The translations under genes were made by a program, and so were the position numbers. 64,000 nucleotides of DNA from Epithemia pelagica (Eukaryota > Protista > Bacillariophyta): contig OX337233.1 in NCBI GenBank assembly GCA_946965045.2, positions 1,426,001 to 1,490,000 of the forward strand. The letters are read 5' to 3'. The notes under the pieces are model-generated. The model was not told the DNA's origin. It made no database searches and saw nothing but the letters and a program-made list of their open reading frames with translations. Each line of letters opens with the position of its first letter. Within the stretch, counting starts at the first letter, position 1. Positions 55,173 through 64,000 of the stretch are shown here, in pieces.

Positions 55173-58100
55173 TTATGATTCCTGTGTAGCTTGTTGTGAC
55201 GCTTGGGCACGGATGCTGTCGGCCTTAAGAAAGAGAGTCTGTACAGACTGGACAGAGTCGGGTGGGAGAGCGTTTTGAATTTGTTGATAGGCCATTGGCT
55301 CTTGGTGGAAGGCGTGTTTCAGAGTGTCATTAACAAAAATGATCTCGTCAATGATATCCAAAGGTGACTCGTACTCTTCATCGACATCTTCGGCATCCTC
55401 GTCCCAGTCCCCCATCAGAAACTTCGCCATGTCATCGTCCCAACCAGAGGATCCCATTAGTGCTTTCCGATAGGCTTCATCAGCTTCGTTCTTCACATCC
55501 TCGTCTTCCCCAAAGCCATGATCCAAATCGCCCAAGTCATCTTCTCCGAGTTCACCCACGGCACCATCGTCTTCATCAAGGGCATCGTCCTCTCCGTCTT
55601 TCGATTTCTTTTCGCTTTCATCTTTCATTGCCGATGCAACACGAACTGCAGTGTGCAATAGCTGTGGTAAGATTCCCACAATAGATGGCGGGAGAGTCTG
55701 AGTTGGCAATTTGAAAATGGATGCAATACCCAAAACCGTCATCTTCTTTGGCAACCACTTGTCCATTTGTTCAATATCTTGTAGCCACTTAGCAAAAACT
55801 TGGCCTGTTACAGCCCGCCGTTCCAACTCCAACAGCTCCAACTGAGGATTGTAGTACAGCGCAGAGCCAAGCACTTGGTACACGGATATGCGCGTCAAGG
55901 CTTGTTTGGCAGATATTTGTTGCCCCAACTTTCCCAGAGCCAGCTCGTTGAAAAAAGGGAGATAAGAATCAACTTTTCCCACACAATTGTGTAAAATCGA
56001 CATAAACAAACTCAAGGCATATCGACATTCCATTTCGGACGCCCTGTCGTTTGTCAAAGTTTTGCTGACCATGCTAATAATCAATTCGACGTAGGGTATT
56101 GGTCCCTCTGGCAACTGAGCCGTCCCCGTAAGGAATATTTGAGGCGATTTGGCAATATATGATTGCAAACAGGGAACCATCATATTCAAGTAGTCATACG
56201 CCCATTGATCAAAGGCAACATAGATTAGCGGGAAACACTGCCACAACTCCAAGGATATTTGGGATTGAAAGTACGTCAAGAAGGTTAGGATATCAAGCGC
56301 ACATTCCAAATACTCAATAAAATCTCCATCGTCACCCAATATCTTGAGTACCAATGGCAATAGTAAGGGCTCTAGTCGTTTGAGCATCGATTCTTGTGAA
56401 CAGACACCTTTCAGAACGGTTGCAATGCATTCAAGGCATTGCGCCGCTGCTAAAGCGGCATCGTCATCGTCTTGGTCATCCCCTGCCTGACAGTATTGAT
56501 CAAATGCCTGTGAGAGCTGAGTGACTAGTTGGATCGCGTGGGGTTCAATATGTTCTCCAAACTTTTCCAATAAAACTTGAAGGGCTGAAACCACTTCATC
56601 GTTACCGATTTCATTCATGATACGAAAGTACTCCGTCAAAAGCTGGGGGAGTACAGGCAAAAGCGCTTCATCAGCCCCATCGGCCTCAATCAGAAACCGA
56701 AGTGCTTTGGATGCCTCAATCTGAACTGGCAACGCCGGGTCTGAGAGTCTTTCCAGAACCATTTGCAGCAACTTTTTCAGATTCGTTCCATCATCTGTCC
56801 ATTTGACGGCAGCGAATTGTTGAACCATCCAGCAAGCCCGATATCGAAGGAAACCCACGGGAGACTGAAAATCTGGAAACACAGACGTGATTAACAAGCC
56901 TTCAATTTCTGTCGAATACTTTGGCGTTGCCAACAACGGTTTGGACAGAGATCCAAAGGTCAACAATGCTCCGTCTTTTTCGATGTGATTCTTTTGTTCG
57001 ACTGGACTGCTGTTGTAGCGATGCAGGATTTCCGTCATTCGAGCCAAAAGATTTTGCGTTACATCCTGGCCTCGTTGTTTCACCAAATCCTTCACCAAGG
57101 TTATGGCAGACAACCTTGGATCATAGAAATCCGCCAGGGGAGAATTTTGCTTGTGGACAAATTCCACAGGATCGTGTTCAAAACACTCCACATCAGAGGG
57201 GGACAGACAAAGCACGGGAAAGCAAACCTGGTACAAGAGGAATTCCAAATGTGGCTTCAACAGTTTGTACGTTGCCGATAACTCGACCGCAGATGTCACA
57301 AAAGTCAAACACAAATGGACGACACGGTCGGTACAAAATTGACCCGAGGGCCGAATATTCAAGGTCTCACAGACTGGACCCAAAAATTGCGGTGCCACAA
57401 CCGTCGAGAAGTACCGAGCAAATTCTTTCGAAGGTTCGTCATCCGCATAGGAGACAAAGCCGTACCGTGAAAACATGCGACTCATGACTTGGACGGCCCA
57501 TTTTTTGACCTTCCACCAGGGCCAAGCATTCCGTGCTTCCAAATCCTTTGGTTGTTCCGCTTCGGGAAGTGGTTTTTTCAAGGCCGCTGTCAAGACATCG
57601 AACCATGGTTGAAGTACATCGGGTCGTGCCAATCCAATGCTACTACTACTGGATCCGGCGTTGGAGGGATCGCCATCGGATGTTCCGTTGGCGGTGCCAG
57701 GGTCTCGACCAGGCAAATAGAATTGTGTGCTAGACCAAAATATTTTGAGAATTTGTTTGAGCATCATTGCTGCTTCCAGTGAAGTTTCTTGCACTAACTG
57801 TTGTCCGAGAGGAAGCAACATGGGAAAGGATGCTTGAACAATATCATTCAACGGCCCTCTTTGATCCTTGCTTTTGTATTCATAGCGTTTGCACACCTTC
57901 CGAAGGGATAACAAGGCATTGTGTACCTGCAACCCAGCTCTTTGTTTCTGTTGTGGTTGTTCCATGGCCGCAATGCCGTCTCGAATAGTCGAGAGGAGGG
58001 TGGGTACCAAATCTGGCCATTTGTCGGGGAATTCGTGAACCACCATGGTATGCAGACATTCGGCAAACAAATCTCGCACCGATTTTTCCGGTTCATCCAG

Positions 58101-58710
58101 CAACGCTCGAATCAGGCCCACTTTGATTTCTGCCTTGTCGGCATCGGATAGGGTTGGATATTGCTGTTGCAAGGCAGTTGCTGTTTGTTGTTCCGTGCCA
58201 GAAGCCGCTTCCGTGGATCCAGGAGCAATTTGTTCAATACTTTCTCCTGCGGTTTCACCAGAGCCATCGGCAAACAATGAATAGGGATAGGATTGTCGAG
58301 GCGTCCAACATTCTCGACAAATATTTTTTATTTGAATCGCAGCGGCCTGTCGTACTTCGTATCGTACCTATTCCATACAAGGGTTTTATTGGACGTTGAG
58401 AAGCAGCAAAGATTTTCCAGAAAATAAGGTTGAGGCATGTCAAGCAAAATCAAGAAAAGGCTTCTCACATTCCCCATTGGAGCCACACAAAAGGAACAAA
58501 AAGTTCTCTTCGAAACATGACAACGACACCACATATCTATGCGTTTTACGCACAAGTTCCTACCTGTAGTTCCGATGCCACACGCAAAAGAGCTGGCACA
58601 GCACCTGCTATATGTTTCAAGTTCCGTATGGTCGCTTCCGCAGGGTTTCGTACTGCCGCATCTGGCGAAAAGGATTGTTGAAGAACGACATGCAACTCTT
58701 CGACATTCAT
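55173..58710 (-). CDS. Importin-7/8 (Nmd5/SAD2-like) karyopherin beta (~1113 aa)
   Basis: join(complement 58710..58564,58367..55173). Exon 1 MNVEELHVVLQQSFSPD... joins VRQAAAIQIKN (IBN_N). EFPDKWPDL and WWKVKKWA are present, and the C-terminus is acidic. Confidence 0.92.
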
Positions 58711-59307
58711 CCTTGATTGAGCAATCGAATGGATATATAGAGAGATGGTAGCCTGGCAATTCTACGCCAACTATTGGCAACCAAGAGAGCGAGGTGATGA
58801 TGCAGACAAATGACATGAGAAATACGATTTGGGGGCATCGAAAAGTTTTTTGTATGGGGTAAGAATGAATGTGGTCGAAGTCGCGGTCGCCCCCTCTTGG
58901 ATTTTGGGGGAATGAAAGACCACTCGCTTGTCCGTCGCTCGTCAAGCATATTTTCACTGACCACATCGTTGATCGAACGTGCACCCGCAGAACTCTTTTG
59001 CTTCTGGCCACACCCGCACTGCTGCGTGCACGGTCAGCCACCAAAGAACCAAAAAAGACAAAAAGACACCTTCTTGTGTTGTTGTGGTTGTATTTCCCTA
59101 CGTTTGCTTTGCTGGTTTCAGTCTGAAGTCTCTGAGATTCATCCTGCGCCTCCGTTCCTTGCTGTTGTCAGATTCCATTCTTGGCTTCAATCCAATGACC
59201 TTCAAATTTCGCTAGCAGGAACTATACCACGAGACTTGCTTTATCCGAAAATATTTTGATTTGGTGGTTGTAGTTGTTTTCCTGTTGGATTGCGTGATTA
59301 GTATTGA

Positions 59308-59367
59308 ATGACCGTTTGGCCTCGGCAAATCACTTTTACGGGCCCTCGTGTCGTGGCGGCGGATACC

Positions 59368-59398
<31 letters not shown>

Positions 59399-61298
59399 CT
59401 TCACCGGGTGCCCACGACGAGACGAGTAAGCTGAATCGATCGCCTATGGAGTATTCTTTTTACGGTGGAACAACAACAACAACAAGTGCGTCCACCCTCA
59501 ACAGCAACCCGGCATCTCCCAGACGTGCTCTCGATCAGCAGCAACAACCGCTGCTGGATCACAGCTCGGTGTGTTCGACGGCAGAAAGTAGCGGCATCAC
59601 AAGAGTGCCTTCGCTGCTGTTGGATCTCATGACTCTGGATCGCAGCTCACCCAAACCACCGACCACCGCAACCACGGAAACTTCGGTTGCGACGTCGGAG
59701 GGAGATGTATTGTCGGCTTCGATTGATGTGGTCGAAGAAACTGGCGATGAAGAAACCTCGCTGCAGGACCCATTTGAGATTCACGAAAAGTTGGGCGTGA
59801 TTCCCTTGGCTGTGATTATCTTCTATAGCGTGTCGGGTGGCGCGTTTGGAGTCGAAGAAACTGTTCGCTCCGCCGGGAATTTTTACACACTTTTGGGCTT
59901 TTTGGTCATGCCATTTATCTGGTCGATGCAGGAAGCACTCATGACGGCAGAGTTAGGGTCAGCCTTTCCAGAAGCATCGGGAGGTGTAGCCTGGGTGCAA
60001 GAGGCCTATGGGAATTGTGCAGGTTGGATGTCGGGATATTTGAATTGGATTTCGGGTGCCACGGACAATGCCATTTACCCTGTTTTGTTTGTGGAGTACC
60101 TATTACAACAAGTCAATGGTGATTCCAATGCAATCTCGCCATTTGCCAAATTTTGCATGTTCACCGGCATGTCTTGCCTCCTTGCCTACATGAACTGGCT
60201 GGGACTGCCCCTGGTCGGGAAAATGTCCATGACGATTTGCTTTGTTGCCATTTCACCCTTCATTATCATGTCCGTTGTTGGAGCATTTCAAGTAGATCCG
60301 TCTAGGTGGCTTGAGCCTCCCAGAGCATTGGATGAAGATGATTCTAGTGACGCGTCGGTTGGACTTTTCTCCATGGCCGCCCTCGGAAACATTGCCTGGA
60401 GACCCTTTCTGAACAATCTGTTTTGGAATTTGAACAGCTTTGGTGAGTTCAAGTTTGCGTGTACAGTTGGGGGGCGTATTCCATATCTCATTTTCATTCT
60501 CCAGACAATGCGGCGGCCTTCTCTGCAGATGTCGAAGATCCAGCCACAGTTCTCCCACGAGCGATGGGATGGTCCGTCGTGATGGTGTTTGCGAGCTACT
60601 TTGTTCCCCTTGTGGTTGCCCTAGGGGCGTCTGAAGCGGAACAAAACGAATGGGTTGACGGTTACTTTGCAGTGGTTGCCAAAGGCATTGCTGGTCCATG
60701 GCTTGGTGCTTGGCTTGTGTTTGCTGCAGGTATTTCGAATATTGCCATGTTCCAGGCAGAATTATCGAGCGATGCCTTTCAGCTCATGGGCATGGCCGAG
60801 AGGGGCTTCCTACCCAAGGTGTTTGCCACGCGATCGCGTTATGGAACGCCCACCTATGGGATTCTGGTCGGAACACTGGTGATTGTTTGTATGAGCATCA
60901 CGAATCTGGATGATCTCATTGAAATGCTCAACTTCAATTACACGTTTGCTCTTTTGTTGGAGTACTTTGCGTTTCTCAAACTCCGCATTACCCGACCCGA
61001 TATGGAGCGTCCTTACCGTGTTCCACTTAGCACGACATGCTGCATCGTTTTGTTCACTCCCACTTTCCTGGCCATCCTCACAGTTATTTTCTTGGCTTCC
61101 TGGAAGACTTGGCTGTTTGGCGCGGTGGTCAACGTATTTGGATTGTTGCTCTTTGTGTTGCACGAACGGAAACCCTGTCGAAAATACACCATGGTTGAAA
61201 CGACCCAGGATCACGCACAAGAAGAGGACGTGGATGACACAGAAGGCCTTGACGAAATGCACAAAGAAGACGATGAGCCACAAGGGTATATTGCATGA
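59308..61298 (+). CDS. APC-superfamily permease, polyamine/LAT-like (PUT/RMV1-type), ~642 aa
   Basis: join(59308..60442,60505..61298) with a 62-bp intron. Motifs IIFYSVSGGAFGVE, ALMTAELGSAFPEASGG, FWNLNSFD, GMAERGFLP and LLEYFAFLKLR; multiple TM helices. Confidence 0.9.
59369..59402 (+). repeat. (TCT)n microsatellite encoding poly-Ser in the permease N-terminus
   Basis: Uninterrupted TCT run inside the ORF. Confidence 0.85.
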
Positions 61299-61645
61299 CT
61301 GTTTCCTTTTCTTTTAACCATTATCATCATGACTAACGCAATCTATCAGTTTCTTGGTTGCGATCCGTAGTCATAGTGTTAGAGATGATTTTGATTGTTT
61401 TCCTCTTGTGTATACATTTATTGTTGCCCCTCCTCTCTCTCTATGGATCATATTACATGATATATGGTGTATTCTATAGCTTTGATCAGATTCAATCGTC
61501 CTTGCGTTATATAGCCAAAAGATGGACTGGTGAGCAAATCACAATTATGCCGCTGAAGCCTCTCTCTCTTCACGTTCACAAGCATAGGACTGCTGATCTA
61601 GAGGTCACGCTTTTCTTCTCCTTGCACCTCCGAGATTCTCGTGAA

Positions 61646-63568
61646 TCAGGTTTTGCTCGTTTGCAACGGCAAAAGTAGGTTGTGGTACACATGGGAGGCA
61701 ATGTACAAGTCCCATAGACTTCTCCACAGCCACTTTCCCAGTTGGGTATTCCGATCTTCAACACGTTCCCGTCCTCCTCCCTTTTGGTCCCAGCGATCCA
61801 AGCAAAAACAGGCATCGGATACCAATTGCAGGGTAGTATAAGTCAAGAGCAATTCGCGAACACGCTCATTGCCATCAAAGACTTTGATCATTTCATCCAT
61901 GGTATAGTTGAACGTCTGGAATATGTAGGGCAGAATGGACTTGGTAGTTCTTGTCAAGGACAACTTGTTATCCTTGTCGTTATGTTCAAAACGGCATACC
62001 CACACACCATCACTCCTTTGACTATCTTCTTCCATACCAAGGGCATGAAAGAAGGACATGAGAAACTTGGTCAAAAAGGCTGGCATGGGCATGAGCTGAG
62101 GAGCACCCAGATCAAAGAGTTCGAGGCCACGATCTTTGCAGACAAAGGTGTTGTGTAATCCAGCATCCGTCAAGCCACATGTCCATATACAATCATTGAC
62201 ATGACTACTATCAAACGAGGTGGCCAATTGCAAAATGCGCAACCAATAACAATTTTTTTCCACATGATCTAGTACACAACTGGGAGAAGGCGGATCGGCA
62301 AAAACGTCTGACATGTCGCAGCCTGTATGAAGCAGTTGTTGCAAAAACATGGCTGGCACTTTTTCATCGTCCATGAGCACTAGATGACCACTTTTGAACC
62401 GTTTCCCATACTCTCGTAACCGAGGAAAGCGGCCCTTTTCAGGAAGGTAGTTCTTCCGAATGGCAGTGCCTGCAAACTCGTTGCAAGCCTTGGACACGGC
62501 CTGAACAAAATCAATAGCAGGACGGTCTGATAATTGTACTTGTGCCTCAAGGTGTTTGACTTCCTCCCGCACCACATGTATGCTCCCTTCTCGTTCTTGC
62601 GGAGAGGAGAGTTGACGAAGGTACTGCATTACTTTGATGAAATCTCCAATGATTCGTTCCAAAAACCGTCCCTTTAGTCGTCCTGACAACAGGACCGTGG
62701 CTCCATTTTCCGAAGTTGGGCCTCCAACACGTGATTGAGCCAGCGTACATTTCCAAAGGCGATGTTCCTGTTCTTCGGCCATTGTGTTTGTAAAGGAGCT
62801 CAAAAAGTCATACCCCTGGTCCAGAATGCAGTCATTTCCGTCGGTTCGTTGAAACAGATGATGAACATGTAGGACAAAGCGTCTCGTTTTGACTTCAATC
62901 TCTTTTTTCCTACCGTATCCGTGGTACGAACTGGAATGGGACGGAGCTAATCGACAGACCCATAGCTCTCGTTTCATCAATTTTGTTTTCATGGCTTGGA
63001 AGACGCGATCCCCAAGGTTACTTGAAGAGTCCTCGTCATGACTGTCGTCTTCGTGAGTGTGGTGTTGGTGGCGATTATGATTGTTGGTAAGAGGCTGTTC
63101 AGGACTCCGACTTATATTCTTCAGCTGTGCAGTAAGGTCTCTCAATGTCCCAGTACGCAGGGTGTTCCAAAGTTCCATGGCCCGATCTCTGACATGACGC
63201 GGACTAATGTAACAAAAGAGAAATTGCGGAATGCGACGAGCAAGGAAGGTCGCTGCTTCCTTCGCATCGCCATCTTTCCCTCGTTTCAAAAGCTGCTCGT
63301 GTACCACCGCCAGTGACATGACTTCTTCCGTGTCTTTTGGTCCAGCATGCTTCATTACCACGGTACTGAGCTCAGGATGATTTCCAGAGAATACTGCAGT
63401 CCCACTTCCACCACCATGTAATAAGACCACATCTGTCAAGGAAGCAGGAGCAAAGCAATTTGGGTGGATCTTGGGAAAGTGGCAATCTTCTTCTGAATCT
63501 ACGTGTAGATGACCTGTCTCATTGTCCAATCGAAGCATGAGACCGTTCCCCTCGGGTACTCTGGCCAT
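61646..63568 (-). CDS. Hypothetical protein with divergent protein-kinase-like fold (~640 aa or longer)
   Basis: GGGSGTAVF, VVMK, KDTEE, TDAGLHN (DxxxxN) and LFDLG occur in canonical order. The 5' end is uncertain because the frame is open to ~63694. Confidence 0.7.
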   Translation of the reverse strand: MARVPEGNGLMLRLDNETGHLHVDSEEDCHFPKIHPNCFAPASLTDVVLLHGGGSGTAVFSGNHPELSTVVMKHAGPKDTEEVMSLAVVHEQLLKRGKDGDAKEAATFLARRIPQFLFCYISPRHVRDRAMELWNTLRTGTLRDLTAQLKNISRSPEQPLTNNHNRHQHHTHEDDSHDEDSSSNLGDRVFQAMKTKLMKRELWVCRLAPSHSSSYHGYGRKKEIEVKTRRFVLHVHHLFQRTDGNDCILDQGYDFLSSFTNTMAEEQEHRLWKCTLAQSRVGGPTSENGATVLLSGRLKGRFLERIIGDFIKVMQYLRQLSSPQEREGSIHVVREEVKHLEAQVQLSDRPAIDFVQAVSKACNEFAGTAIRKNYLPEKGRFPRLREYGKRFKSGHLVLMDDEKVPAMFLQQLLHTGCDMSDVFADPPSPSCVLDHVEKNCYWLRILQLATSFDSSHVNDCIWTCGLTDAGLHNTFVCKDRGLELFDLGAPQLMPMPAFLTKFLMSFFHALGMEEDSQRSDGVWVCRFEHNDKDNKLSLTRTTKSILPYIFQTFNYTMDEMIKVFDGNERVRELLLTYTTLQLVSDACFCLDRWDQKGGGRERVEDRNTQLGKWLWRSLWDLYIASHVYHNLLLPLQTSKT

Positions 63569-63779
63569 GCCGTTCACGTCAAACGAAAGTTGGAGAGTCT
63601 CATGTCGTTTGTTCCTCACAAACTTTCTCAGCGGCATTCTCGCACACCTCTCCTTCGGGATGTGGAGTGTTGCTGCCTCCAACCAAAGTTTTCTTTAATC
63701 ACACCAATGGACGTTCTCTGTGACGTCCAATTGCGCTCTTGTCTAGGTTTCCTTTTGTGTTGGTAGGTGATAGGTGATG

Positions 63780-64000
63780 CGTCTCCTACCCCCCAGCGGG
63801 GGTGAGTAATGATGACTAGCGAAAGAATAGACGATTTGTATTCTCTAAATACAAGCGCAGCGTATTCGATCACGCGGGACTCACTCACCCGTGCTTGGGG
63901 GTAATGCGTCTCCATATTCTCGATTTCTCTCTCCTCGATGTCATTGCGTATCTTGTTGCTAACGCTGATGAGAATGATGACAGGGACAAAGACGACGTAC
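63780..64000 (-). CDS. Possible exon of a membrane protein entering from the right edge
   Basis: The minus frame reads YVVFVPVIILISVSNKIRNDIEEREIENMETHYPQAR, a TM-like segment followed by a charged one, and then a GTGAGT donor-like site near 63890. Structure unresolved. Confidence 0.35.

Noticed and set aside
58328-59044. 238-aa minus-strand ORF
   Set aside because: It overlaps importin exon 1 and its intron in another frame, and its composition is not protein-like.

Overview
Gene-dense eukaryotic nuclear DNA. Short GT-AG introns of about 60-210 bp, bipartite plastid-type presequences and the gene families present suggest a diatom; this is inference and the species cannot be identified. I can build about 21 protein-coding models, and every spliced model keeps its reading frame. 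They are a DENND4-like C-terminus, a SAM methyltransferase, an orphan protein, a type I membrane protein, RPN2, a plastid-targeted kinase, a tandem CaMK, a bestrophin, a SAPS protein, a hAT-transposase-derived ORF, mitochondrial EF-G, COG2, a bacterial-type S41 peptidase, an alpha/beta hydrolase, a GCK/Mia40-like protein, ataxin-2/Pbp1, a CCCH zinc-finger protein, RPB2, importin-7/8, an APC polyamine-transporter-like permease and a divergent kinase-fold protein. There is one clear ~605-bp MITE. I found no rRNA, tRNA or CRISPR array. Four observations stand out: (1) a membrane-anchored mitochondrial protein with Mia40-like cysteine spacing, carrying CxxC where Mia40 has CPC; (2) an intergenic 8-mer, TACTCCTA/TAGGAGTA, that recurs upstream of many genes, with the MITE inserted into an extended copy of it; (3) an unrecognised atypical kinase-fold protein; (4) a bacterial-type S41 protease with eukaryotic secretion and GPI-like signals. 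Everything was read by eye and no database searches were run.
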